From NCBI GenBank assembly GCA_946411895.1, contig CAMKFP010000003.1:1-37517 (forward strand): DNA of 37,517 nt, given 5' to 3'. Each line of letters opens with the position of its first letter. The stretch's first letter is position 1. Shown piece by piece: positions 28,928 to 37,517 of the stretch. The position numbers and the translations under genes are program-made. A model generated the notes under the pieces. The model was given only the letters and a program-made list of their open reading frames with translations. It was not told where the DNA came from and did no database searches. Source of the stretch: an uncultured Bacillales bacterium (GTDB lineage: Bacteria; Bacillota_I; Bacilli_A; RFN20; CAG-826).

Positions 28928-30466
28928 ATGAAATACAAGGTTGTCTCATTGTTATTACTTTCTAGCTTAGCGCTTACTGGCTGCTCTAATTCTATTTCCT
29001 TAGAATTTAGGCCCTATAAGCCTTTTAACTACGACGGAGAGGCAATCACTCAAAACTCGATAGAAGTCTCCTCTAAAGCGGGTTTAGAGGGCAATATAGT
29101 TAAAACTATCCAAGATATTTCCTATCGTCATCTAAATAATAGAACCCTCGCTAATAGTGAAGGCGAATTTAAGATGCTTGTTCTTCCGATTTATTTTGAT
29201 GCAAACGCCAATTCGCCTCATCACGATGATGAAGACGGAAGAGCGCGTGAAGAGAAATACACCATTTATCTAGAGAATGCTTTCTTTGGTGAAGCGAAGA
29301 TGACAGATTATGAATCCGTAGCCTCTTATTATAATAAGTCTAGCTATGGCAAACTTAAGATCACTGGAGAAGTCGCTCCATGGTTTGGTTATAGTTCCAA
29401 GGTCAGCCCCACCGCGAAGAAATCCGGCGCGGAAGATATCGTTTTAGCGGCCCTTAGCCACGCTAAGACTGAAATGGGTGACTCCTATAACCAATACGAT
29501 AGAGATAATGATGGCTATGCTGACGATGTATTTGTCATCTATGACTATCCATATGAGAAGGACAATAGTAGTGATACAATCTTCTGGGCTTTCACTTCTT
29601 CCTTTGGAAGCAATAAAGGACAAGCGGCACACGGCAATGCCTATTCTTGGGCTAGTAGTGAATTTATGCATCCAAGCGGCAACCGCGTGGAAACATATAC
29701 TTATATCCATGAAACCGGTCACCTTCTTGGTTTAGTGGACTACTATAACACCTCCACAAGCGACAAGACATATCAACCCACTGGTATGTTTGATATGATG
29801 GACTCTAATTTAGGTGATCATAGTGCTTTCTCTAAATATTCCCTTAACTGGGTGAAACCAACAGTCATCACCGAGCCAGGAACATATAAACTCAAATCAC
29901 TCACCAAAGGTGAACAGTTCTTCTTAATTCCTAAAGAGAACTGGAATGAGACAGTTTATGATGAATATATTCTTATAGAATATTTTGTTCCAGAGGGACT
30001 TAATGATTCTCATAATTTCCCTAACTATAAGTACTACGATAAAGATGGGAAAGAGCAAATCTTCTCCTATCCAACAAAATACGGCATTAAAGTCTATCAC
30101 GTCGATGCGAGATTATTCTATTACAGTAGTGGCTCTACAACTATCTCTGGTACACCAATAGGATTCATTACCGAACCAGGTATTGAAGAGAGACTAACTG
30201 AATCCGTCAGTGTCTATTATGCCTATCAAAACGAAGGCTCTAATCAAAACGAGATTCTCTATCACCTTTTAGAAAGTAGTGGAGAGAATTCCTTCTATGA
30301 AGGGAAAGGAGCTTCTAATGAGACGCTATTCATGATGGGAGATGACTTTGGCTTCACTAAATATAAAGACTTCACCTTCCATGATGGAACTAAGTGTCCA
30401 CTTAAGTTCAGAATTGATATGCTCACTCTTGAGGGAGCCTCTATTACATTTAAAGCAGATAATTAA
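28928..30466 (+). CDS. Lipoprotein, M6-family (immune inhibitor A-like) zinc metalloprotease
   Basis: Lipobox LTGC; ESVASYYNKSSYGKL, DRDNDGYAD, HETGHLLGLVDYY, FDMMD, HSAFSK..LNW, EYILIEY. Confidence 0.88.
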   Translation: MKYKVVSLLLLSSLALTGCSNSISLEFRPYKPFNYDGEAITQNSIEVSSKAGLEGNIVKTIQDISYRHLNNRTLANSEGEFKMLVLPIYFDANANSPHHDDEDGRAREEKYTIYLENAFFGEAKMTDYESVASYYNKSSYGKLKITGEVAPWFGYSSKVSPTAKKSGAEDIVLAALSHAKTEMGDSYNQYDRDNDGYADDVFVIYDYPYEKDNSSDTIFWAFTSSFGSNKGQAAHGNAYSWASSEFMHPSGNRVETYTYIHETGHLLGLVDYYNTSTSDKTYQPTGMFDMMDSNLGDHSAFSKYSLNWVKPTVITEPGTYKLKSLTKGEQFFLIPKENWNETVYDEYILIEYFVPEGLNDSHNFPNYKYYDKDGKEQIFSYPTKYGIKVYHVDARLFYYSSGSTTISGTPIGFITEPGIEERLTESVSVYYAYQNEGSNQNEILYHLLESSGENSFYEGKGASNETLFMMGDDFGFTKYKDFTFHDGTKCPLKFRIDMLTLEGASITFKADN

Positions 30467-30500
30467 ACAAAAACTCACGTTTCCGTGAGTTTTTTGTGTT
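30466..30500. terminator. Bidirectional terminator
   Basis: AAAAACTCACG-TTTC-CGTGAGTTTTT. Confidence 0.8.
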
Positions 30501-30510
30501 TTCAATAGTT

Positions 30511-31053
30511 CTATTGTTGATAAGAAATTGTAAAATCCAATTTCTCAGTCATAACTCGATTATCTGAGCTACTTGCTTTAGTGACGTAGAAAGCTGATCT
30601 AAGTGTGCCATCATTCTTATCATATTTTTTATTACACTCAATTTTCATATTCGTATTCCCATCCATAGTGCTATCTAATGAAATAAAATAGGATAGATCA
30701 TCATAGAAGGTGAAAAAACTTAAATATTCTTCCTCATATTTTTCTAGATTTAGTGTTTTCGCGTTTTCCCGTAAATCAGTTTCGATGGTATCTGGGACTC
30801 TTGTATTTGATTGGATAACCATCCAATCATGAGTTGTTTCGTTTTTCTTATAAACGGTTGTGTCACTCGTTTTGTTTCCCTCATAATCGATATATGACCA
30901 TTTAACAGTGGCTTTTTGATAATCAACTACTTCAACTTTACTTGCTAAAGATGACCACTCTTGCAAACTAATTTCGGTTTTAGTCTTCTTGCTAGTGCAC
31001 CCATTAACAACAAATAAACCGATGAATAAAAGCGATAGTGTTATTTTTCTCAT
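30511..31053 (-). CDS. Hypothetical lipoprotein
   Basis: Basic N-terminus, hydrophobic core, lipobox-like VNGC. Confidence 0.75.
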   Translation of the reverse strand: MRKITLSLLFIGLFVVNGCTSKKTKTEISLQEWSSLASKVEVVDYQKATVKWSYIDYEGNKTSDTTVYKKNETTHDWMVIQSNTRVPDTIETDLRENAKTLNLEKYEEEYLSFFTFYDDLSYFISLDSTMDGNTNMKIECNKKYDKNDGTLRSAFYVTKASSSDNRVMTEKLDFTISYQQ

Positions 31054-31093
31054 ATCAATACTAGTACCTTCAAGTTAATTATATCTTTAGATA

Positions 31094-31130
31094 AAAGAAA
31101 ACCCAAGACTAGGTCCTGGGTTTTTGTTTT
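31094..31130 (-). terminator. Terminator between the two minus-strand lipoproteins
   Basis: AAAACCCAAGAC-TAG-GTCCTGGGTTTT with A/T flanks. Confidence 0.6.
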
Positions 31131-31143
31131 GACTTACTTTTAA

Positions 31144-31791
31144 TTATTTTGAATAAGAGTAGGAAACACTCATACTTGATTTGGTTTCGCCATTAGCATA
31201 ATTATATTGAGCCATCGCTTCAGCATATTCATCTGGGATACCAGAAATGGTCACTGTGGAACTTTGTTCCATCTTTGTTAAAATACCTGTTTTTTGATCA
31301 AACTTATAAGACATTGAGGCATCTTTGGTTTCCATAGTGATTGTGAATAGAGGTGATTCTTCATTTGGGTATGGCATGGTTTCTGTTTCAGCTTCTGTTG
31401 CAACAGCTTTGATTGATAAATCACTGTAGCATGTGACTTCGTAGTCCTCTGGGATGGCGCTAACATTTAAATCTTGAGCATTCATTCCAAGCATGCCACC
31501 AACCATAATTATGACACCGTATTCTTCCATTGTTTGTGGTCCTGTTTCGCCTTCTGCTAAGTCCCAACCAGAAAGATCTGGTTCTTCTTCGTCTACAACA
31601 TATGCCCAGTTCCAGGAATAGTTTTTGCCACTATAGCTGACTTTGGTTGTACACTTTGTGTATTCAACTGGTTTAACAGCAGCGGCTTTTTCAGTCCATT
31701 CTTCGGCAGTGATTTCTTTTTTGGCAGATCCGCCACAAGCGGTTAAACCTAATAAAGAAACGGCTAATAATGTTCCAACTTTAAAATTCAT
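31144..31791 (-). CDS. Hypothetical lipoprotein
   Basis: Lipobox LTAC, AAGGAG SD. Confidence 0.8.
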   Translation of the reverse strand: MNFKVGTLLAVSLLGLTACGGSAKKEITAEEWTEKAAAVKPVEYTKCTTKVSYSGKNYSWNWAYVVDEEEPDLSGWDLAEGETGPQTMEEYGVIIMVGGMLGMNAQDLNVSAIPEDYEVTCYSDLSIKAVATEAETETMPYPNEESPLFTITMETKDASMSYKFDQKTGILTKMEQSSTVTISGIPDEYAEAMAQYNYANGETKSSMSVSYSYSK

Positions 31792-31939
31792 AATTTTTCT
31801 CCTTTTAAAACATTAATGATTTGCCTAGAGTTACAACACGTAAACTCTTTGCGTTACTAAATAGATTTTATAGCAAGCCATATTTTTTGCAAACAAAAAA
31901 TGCTTATATGTGTCATTAACGAACAAAAAAGTATGCATA

Positions 31940-31960
31940 TATGACATTTAAATTGTCATA
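31940..31960. promoter_or_regulatory. Operator-like palindrome in the divergent promoter region
   Basis: TATGACA-TTTAAAT-TGTCATA. Confidence 0.45.
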
Positions 31961-32009
31961 GAGGTCATATTTCTTGTAGACTATTGCTATATCAATCGAG
32001 GTGATGGTT

Positions 32010-33131
32010 ATGAAAAACTATGTTTCTAAGATTATATGTTTATTATCCGCGGGTGTCCTTTTAGGAGCCTGTAATAACTCTGGTGGTTCTAAAGCCAAAG
32101 AGCAATATTTTAAATATGTCGCGGAAGCTTTAGAAGATCCTGAACCAGAAGAGATATATGCGACATTTTATGACGCAAAAGAAAACCGTTTTTATATGGA
32201 ACTATGTTATGACCAACACTCTGGCTTAGCATTAAAAGTCGTGGAGTATGATTTATGGGACTTCATTTTCTATCCTAATCAAGGAGAGATAAGTGAAGAT
32301 TATGAATCTATTTCTTTAACTTATTCCGCTTATGAAGAAAGCGATTTGTTTGCTCGTGGAACCTATGTTTTATCGCATTCTCTTAAGAATGGTAAAGATA
32401 CATTTGCTTTAGATGCAGCGGGGACTAGTTACTCCTTAACATTAAGTAAAAAAGAAAATCCTCACTATATCGATAAAGATCTTGTTGGGGAATTTGAATA
32501 TCAAAGCGAGGGTAACGTCTTATTCTCTATGAGTGTTGATGTTGGCGAAAAAAGTGATGGTTATCCTGTCTCTATTTCTTTAGAAGAACAAGATTTATCA
32601 TTCACTACTTCAAATATCGAAAATAGTGATGTCACCACAACTTTTAATATCAAAGGGACAGAAGATGGAACATACGTTAAAAGAGTAAACGACGCTTCAT
32701 TTACTTATAACGAAGGCTATGAGTTATATCAATTAACTATTGGTGAAGAAACATATTCTCTCACTAAAACCAGAGGTTACGATGATGAAGATGAAGAGAC
32801 TAACTATTTCTTCCTTAACGCTGGATTAGTCAAATTTACTTGTGATGATTTTGAAGCGAGATTAACAACTAGTGGTGGAGATATGGTGCAGCTCATCTTT
32901 AAAGAATTAGTGGAACAAGGTAACCCTAACTTCTGGTGCTGGTTTAAAAAAGGTGAGGATGATTCCATTACTAACGCTCAATCGATCACTAATCCAAATA
33001 ATAAAGTGTTTGTTAATGTGACAACATATTCATTTAAACATCGTGTGGAAAATGAAGCAGATGTTGTTGATTTATATTTTGATGGTGTATTAACTTATCC
33101 AAACCTCACAATCGTGGAAGTTAAGGAATAA
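32010..33131 (+). CDS. Hypothetical acidic lipoprotein
   Basis: Lipobox LGAC, GAGGTG SD; beta-rich acidic sequence. Confidence 0.8.
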   Translation: MKNYVSKIICLLSAGVLLGACNNSGGSKAKEQYFKYVAEALEDPEPEEIYATFYDAKENRFYMELCYDQHSGLALKVVEYDLWDFIFYPNQGEISEDYESISLTYSAYEESDLFARGTYVLSHSLKNGKDTFALDAAGTSYSLTLSKKENPHYIDKDLVGEFEYQSEGNVLFSMSVDVGEKSDGYPVSISLEEQDLSFTTSNIENSDVTTTFNIKGTEDGTYVKRVNDASFTYNEGYELYQLTIGEETYSLTKTRGYDDEDEETNYFFLNAGLVKFTCDDFEARLTTSGGDMVQLIFKELVEQGNPNFWCWFKKGEDDSITNAQSITNPNNKVFVNVTTYSFKHRVENEADVVDLYFDGVLTYPNLTIVEVKE

Positions 33132-33139
33132 TTTCATAT

Positions 33140-34684
33140 ATGAAAAAGATTATTTTATTACCAATTTTATTAACCTTATTAAGTGGATGTTCTGGTGGAT
33201 CATCCACCTTTAAAATTGAATCTTTTTATACTGATTTAGAAGCTCGTAATTATGTCACTTATGATGGGGAGCTAAAACAGATTTTTTATGATGAAAATAT
33301 GATTATGTTTAATGCCCCTAATCAAGTTAATTATGGAGTGGTTAAAATGTCTCAAGGTATCTTTGAAATACACGAGACTAGTGATGGAAGTTATGAGACG
33401 CATGGGATGCTCACACCTAATGTAGAACTTGATATTCTTGATGGCTGTCATAATTTTCATAATATTGCCTATATTGCAAAGTCTCAATGGACATATGACT
33501 CCGCGAATAAAGAATATAATCTAAAGATTAGTAAGAAGAATTATAGCACTCTTTCCTATACTGGATATTTCTCTAATGACGATTATAATTCGATAAAAAA
33601 TATCTCTTTAAAAAGAATAAAAACTCATGAATATCAAGTGGATGTTATTTATAAAGATGGAGTGAGCAAAGAAAATTACTCTATTACTTTGAATAATTAT
33701 AAGAAAAACACCAATAGTGAGCTTAAGGAGTTTATCACTAATACTGTAGTGAGTCCACAAACTGACTGGAACGATTATCAAAAGTCCGCTTTAGAGGTGT
33801 ATGGCCTTAATGATATACCATTTTTATCTAGCTATACGATTGGCTTTTTCATGTATTTTCAGCGTATCGCGACTTATTCTAGTGGTGGATATGCTTGTAT
33901 AGTCTATGACTATATGAGTAGCCAAGAAAAAGAAGAAGATATCGCTAAAGAATTAGAAGATCTTCATTTTCTTCCTGATGGAGAGAAAAAATATTATAAA
34001 CCTTCGAGTGATATTCCTGGGCTTAATCTTAATGTAGAGTACGCTTTTATATCTTACGAAGAACTCGAATATATGGCGGAGCGTGGAGAAATTTCTCCAG
34101 GCAATTTACTTGCTTATCCATATGGATATATGCAGCTATTATTCGCTTATTCATTTGGAGAAATAGAAATTAGCTTAGCGGATTTAAACACCGTTTTGCT
34201 AGATAAGATGGCTTTATCTCCTTTAGATAACACAGTGAGCTTCATTAATAAAATCACCACAGTTGACTATAAAGATAGCGTTAACGAAGCGGCGATGAAT
34301 GATGAAGAATATCTAGAGATGTTTGAGGAGTTAGGTTTAGAACCTGGTCCATTATATGAAGAACTTGCCTCTTATTATTTATATATAGATTTAGAAAATG
34401 ATGCGGTTAGTTATATTGATAATTACCGCGAATCAATTAGAAATAGTGGTTATATCTATTCTAATAATGGTGCCGCCTCTGATAACGATTCTTTATCGAT
34501 AAAAGATATGTCCTCAAAGATGGTGGAGTACTATAAAGTTTCAAAAGATGGCTTACCTGAATATACGATTGATATATATTTATATGATTCAAGTAGTCCA
34601 GATAATCTAAATTATGACGGAGTGGTGGAAATAGTCTTATCCCGTTATACGGAACTTGGATTAGCCTTCTTCTTCGCTGAATAA
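33140..34684 (+). CDS. Hypothetical acidic lipoprotein
   Basis: MKKIILL... signal peptide, lipobox LSGC, Gly/Ser linker. Confidence 0.8.
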   Translation: MKKIILLPILLTLLSGCSGGSSTFKIESFYTDLEARNYVTYDGELKQIFYDENMIMFNAPNQVNYGVVKMSQGIFEIHETSDGSYETHGMLTPNVELDILDGCHNFHNIAYIAKSQWTYDSANKEYNLKISKKNYSTLSYTGYFSNDDYNSIKNISLKRIKTHEYQVDVIYKDGVSKENYSITLNNYKKNTNSELKEFITNTVVSPQTDWNDYQKSALEVYGLNDIPFLSSYTIGFFMYFQRIATYSSGGYACIVYDYMSSQEKEEDIAKELEDLHFLPDGEKKYYKPSSDIPGLNLNVEYAFISYEELEYMAERGEISPGNLLAYPYGYMQLLFAYSFGEIEISLADLNTVLLDKMALSPLDNTVSFINKITTVDYKDSVNEAAMNDEEYLEMFEELGLEPGPLYEELASYYLYIDLENDAVSYIDNYRESIRNSGYIYSNNGAASDNDSLSIKDMSSKMVEYYKVSKDGLPEYTIDIYLYDSSSPDNLNYDGVVEIVLSRYTELGLAFFFAE

Positions 34685-34689
34685 AAGTT

Positions 34690-34722
34690 AAAAGCCTCGA
34701 AATTGAATGGGGCTTTTACTTT
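34690..34722 (+). terminator. Terminator of the lipoprotein pair
   Basis: AAAAGCCTC...GGGGCTTTT followed by Ts. Confidence 0.6.
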
Positions 34723-34786
34723 GTAAATTAGAAATTAATAACTCACATATTCGCAAAAGTTGTTAGCTGTTTTATATAAATAGCGA

Positions 34787-34815
34787 TTGCTTTGAATATA
34801 GTCCAATTTTATATT
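34787..34815 (+). promoter_or_regulatory. Promoter of the CptI-like RNA
   Basis: TTGCTT (34787-34792), 17 nt spacer, TATATT (34810-34815). A short hairpin GTAGC-AAA-GCTAC starts at the predicted +1. Confidence 0.6.
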
Positions 34816-34835
34816 ATTTGTGTAGCAAAGCTACA

Positions 34836-34925
34836 ATGTTTACCGCTGACTAGCATGCGGTATATAAGTGGCTAGGTCGTAAGTATCCCGCTGACTAGCA
34901 TGCGGAATATAAATAGCTAGGTCGA
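34836..34925 (+). ncRNA. cptI: CptI-like type III antitoxin RNA: two tandem 45-nt pseudoknot repeats
   Basis: Repeats 34836-34880 and 34881-34925 are 38/45 identical. Each folds as an H-type pseudoknot (CCGC/GCGG stem; loop CTAGC pairs with downstream GCTAG). Length, layout and sequence match CptI of Eubacterium rectale as recalled. Confidence 0.85.
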
Positions 34926-34934
34926 AGAAGAAAT

Positions 34935-34966
34935 GCTCCTATACTTCAAAGTTTAGGAGCTTTTTT
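34935..34966 (+). terminator. Terminator following the antitoxin repeats
   Basis: GCTCCTATACT-TCAA-AGTTTAGGAGC followed by six Ts. Confidence 0.85.
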
Positions 34967-35077
34967 ATGTTAATAGTACAAAGGTTGGAAAAATCTATAG
35001 TAGAAAATGGGGGAAAATATTTAGTAGAAACCACCGAAAAACAAATTAAAGAAGCATTGATATCATTGCTTAATTGA
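34967..35077 (+). CDS. 36-codon ORF at the position where cptN would start (microprotein or toxin remnant)
   Basis: MLIVQRLEKSIVENGGKYLVETTEKQIKEALISLLN*; AGGAG inside the terminator stem, 7 nt before the ATG. Confidence 0.3.
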   Translation: MLIVQRLEKSIVENGGKYLVETTEKQIKEALISLLN

Positions 35078-35095
35078 AATTATTTTATTTTTTTC

Positions 35096-35124
35096 TTGCA
35101 CTAATTATTTTATTTCCATATTAT
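35096..35124 (+). promoter_or_regulatory. str operon (rpsL) promoter
   Basis: TTGCAC, 17 nt spacer, TATTAT, with an AT-rich upstream region. Confidence 0.75.
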
Positions 35125-35232
35125 ATATGAGCGAGTAAGCAAACCCTTCGGGGTCGTTTTTTAAGAAGAGAATACGATACACCCGGAATAGTTGTTACTC
35201 AAATGAAATAGTTAAGAAAAAGGAGCAATTAT

Positions 35233-35652
35233 ATGCCAACAATTAACCAATTAGTTCGTGAAGGCCGTCAAAACAAGACATTCAAGTCTAAGTCTCCTGC
35301 TTTAGGTTCCAGATGGAATTCTTTAAAGAAAAAACAAAAGGAACAAGCTGGTCCACAAAAACGTGGTGTTTGCACCCGTGTCGGTACCATGACTCCTAAG
35401 AAACCTAACTCTGCGTTACGTAAATATGCCCGTGTTAGATTATCAAACGGATTTGAAGTTACTGCCTATATCGGTGGTGAAGGTCACAACTTACAAGAAC
35501 ACTCCACAGTCGTTATTAGAGGTGGAAGAGTGAAAGATTTACCTGGTGTGAGATATCACATCGTGAGAGGTAGATTAGATTGCGCGGGTATCGAAGCCCG
35601 TAGACAAGGCCGTAGTTTATACGGCACAAAGAAGCCAAAAGCTTCTGAATAA
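35233..35652 (+). CDS. rpsL: 30S ribosomal protein S12
   Basis: [33 protein letters not shown]; carries the Firmicutes-type N-terminal insertion. Confidence 0.99.
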   Translation: MPTINQLVREGRQNKTFKSKSPALGSRWNSLKKKQKEQAGPQKRGVCTRVGTMTPKKPNSALRKYARVRLSNGFEVTAYIGGEGHNLQEHSTVVIRGGRVKDLPGVRYHIVRGRLDCAGIEARRQGRSLYGTKKPKASE

Positions 35653-35670
35653 GATAGGAGGTAGATCATT

Positions 35671-36138
35671 ATGCGTAAAGGAAATGCGACAAAACGCGAT
35701 GTGTTACCAGATCCAATTTACAATAGTAAATTAGTCACACGCTTAATCAACAAAATTATGCTTGATGGTAAAAAGGGAACCGCTGAAAAGATTCTCTATT
35801 CTGCCTTCAACAAAATTGAAGCAAAGACTGGTAAACCTGCCATGGATGTCTTCGCTACTGCGATCAATAACATCATGCCAGAAGTCGAGCTCAAGATGAA
35901 AAGAATGGGTGGTGCGAACTATCAAGTTCCTACCGAAGTGAGCCCAGAAAGAAAAGTCACTTTAGGTCTCAGATGGTTAGTTAACTATTCTAGACTCAGA
36001 AACGAAAAGACCATGGAAGACCGTTTAGCTAGCGAAATTATCGACGCTGCTAACGGAACAGGTGCTTCTGTCAAGAAGAAAGAAGATACCCACAAAATGG
36101 CCGAAGCCAACAAGGCTTACGCACATTATCGTTGGTAG
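35671..36138 (+). CDS. rpsG: 30S ribosomal protein S7
   Basis: [34 protein letters not shown]. Confidence 0.99.
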   Translation: MRKGNATKRDVLPDPIYNSKLVTRLINKIMLDGKKGTAEKILYSAFNKIEAKTGKPAMDVFATAINNIMPEVELKMKRMGGANYQVPTEVSPERKVTLGLRWLVNYSRLRNEKTMEDRLASEIIDAANGTGASVKKKEDTHKMAEANKAYAHYRW

Positions 36139-36153
36139 TAGGTGGCAACTAAT

Positions 36154-37517
36154 ATGGCACGCGAATTTGATTTAGCCCATACCCGTAATATCGGGATTAT
36201 GGCCCATATTGATGCTGGTAAAACTACTACAACTGAAAGAATCCTCTACTTCACTGGTAAGATCCATAAAATTGGTGAAACACACGAAGGTGCTGCCACC
36301 ATGGACTGGATGGAACAAGAACAAGAAAGAGGTATTACCATTACTTCCGCGGCGACAACCGCCATGTGGAAGGGAAACCGTATTAACATCATCGACACTC
36401 CTGGGCACGTCGACTTCACCGTTGAAGTTGAACGTTCTCTCCGTGTTCTTGATGGTGCGGTCACTGTCTTAGATGGTAAGAGTGGTGTTGAACCACAAAC
36501 TGAAACCGTCTGGAGACAAGGTTCCAAATACGGCGTTCCACGTATTGTCTTCGTCAATAAGTTAGACGCGATTGGTGCAGACTTTGAAATGAGTGTTCGT
36601 TCATTGCATGAACGTTTAGGCGCTAATGCCGCTGCGGTGCAATACCCAATCGGCATTGAATCCACACTTAAAGGATGTATCGATATCATCGAACAAAAGG
36701 CTTGGGTTTATTCCAGTGATGTTCATGAAGAACCACATGAAGAACCAATTCCAGAGGAATATAAAGCCAAGGTGGCGGAACTCAGAGAAAAACTCTTTGA
36801 AGCTCTCTCCAACTTTGATGAAGAAATCCTAATGATGGTGCTTGAAGGTGAAGAACCAAGCATTGAAAAAACTAAAGAAGTTATCCGTAAGGCTGTTTTA
36901 AAAGGTGAATTCCACCCAGTCTTCTGCGGCTCTGCTTATAAAAACAAGAATATTCAACTTCTCCTTGATGGTGTTGTTGATTATCTACCAAGCCCACTTG
37001 ATATCCCTGCCGCTAAAGGCGTGGATGATAGAGGCAATGAAGTCGTTTGTGAGCCAACAGACGACGCTCCACTCGGCGCATTAGCCTTTAAGATCGCTAC
37101 TGACCCATTCATTGGTCGATTAGCATATGTTCGTGTTTATAGCGGCGTTCTTAAATCCGGTTCTTATGTCATTAACTCCACTAAAGGTGTTAAAGAAAGA
37201 ATCGCCCGTGTCGTGCTTATGCACTCCAATCACCGTCAAGAAGTTGAAGAACTCCATGCTGGTGATATCGGGGCAGTCGTTGGACTTAAGTCCACAACTA
37301 CAGGCGACACACTTTGTGAAGAAAAGCACGAAGTCATCTTAGAGCAGATGGAATTCCCAGATCCAGTTATCGAAGAAGCCGTTGAACCTAAGACCAAGGC
37401 TGACCAAGAAAAGATGGCTAACGCCTTACAAAAACTCGCTGAAGAAGATCCAACCTTCAGAGTGAGAACTAACCCAGAAACTGGTCAAACCATTATCGCT
37501 GGTGTTGGTGAATTACA
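36154..37517 (+). CDS. fusA: Elongation factor G, 5' part (runs off the window)
   Basis: ATG 36154: [31 protein letters not shown]...[11 protein letters not shown]...IDTPGHVDF...NKLD; open to the window end. Confidence 0.98.
   Translation, partial: MAREFDLAHTRNIGIMAHIDAGKTTTTERILYFTGKIHKIGETHEGAATMDWMEQEQERGITITSAATTAMWKGNRINIIDTPGHVDFTVEVERSLRVLDGAVTVLDGKSGVEPQTETVWRQGSKYGVPRIVFVNKLDAIGADFEMSVRSLHERLGANAAAVQYPIGIESTLKGCIDIIEQKAWVYSSDVHEEPHEEPIPEEYKAKVAELREKLFEALSNFDEEILMMVLEGEEPSIEKTKEVIRKAVLKGEFHPVFCGSAYKNKNIQLLLDGVVDYLPSPLDIPAAKGVDDRGNEVVCEPTDDAPLGALAFKIATDPFIGRLAYVRVYSGVLKSGSYVINSTKGVKERIARVVLMHSNHRQEVEELHAGDIGAVVGLKSTTTGDTLCEEKHEVILEQMEFPDPVIEEAVEPKTKADQEKMANALQKLAEEDPTFRVRTNPETGQTIIAGVGEL

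Noticed and set aside
34836-34925. CRISPR array or pistol ribozyme interpretation of the 45-nt repeats
   Set aside because: The repeats are directly adjacent with no unique spacers and no cas genes. The additional stems and catalytic core of pistol are missing. The CptI layout fits better.
35233-35652. Streptomycin-resistance alleles in rpsL
   Set aside because: Both diagnostic lysines (TPKKPNS, RVKDLPG) are wild type.

Overview
AT-rich chromosomal window from a low-GC Bacilli/Mollicutes-related gut-type bacterium. It uses the standard code: TGA acts as a stop codon. RpoB has Asn at the E. coli His526 position, GlnRS is present, and there are many acidic lipoproteins. The backbone is the conserved rpmG-secE-nusG / rplK-rplA-rplJ-rplL-methyltransferase-rpoB-rpoC / rpsL-rpsG-fusA cluster. 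It is preceded by housekeeping genes: alpha/beta hydrolase, tRNA-Ala(GGC), glnS, carD, HAD, sirtuin, an O-antigen-ligase-like protein, smpB, folC and folT. Accessory material sits at four places. (1) A probable IS200/IS605-type (TnpB) right end at the window start. (2) A ~2.1 kb integrase-less islet in tRNA-Ala, bounded by a 16-bp duplication of the tRNA 3' end, carrying a GH29 alpha-L-fucosidase, gene fragments, structured non-coding DNA and a 15-bp inverted-repeat-flanked segment. (3) A frameshifted lipoprotein plus a ktr/trk pair between nusG and rplK. (4) Five lipoproteins between rpoC and rpsL. The most striking item follows that last cluster: an apparently intact promoter + two 45-nt pseudoknot repeats + terminator unit matching the CptI type III antitoxin RNA, with no cptN toxin gene behind it (an orphan antitoxin). 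Also seen are a ~75-nt small RNA upstream of carD and several probable leaderless genes. All family calls come from motif recognition by eye; no searches were run.
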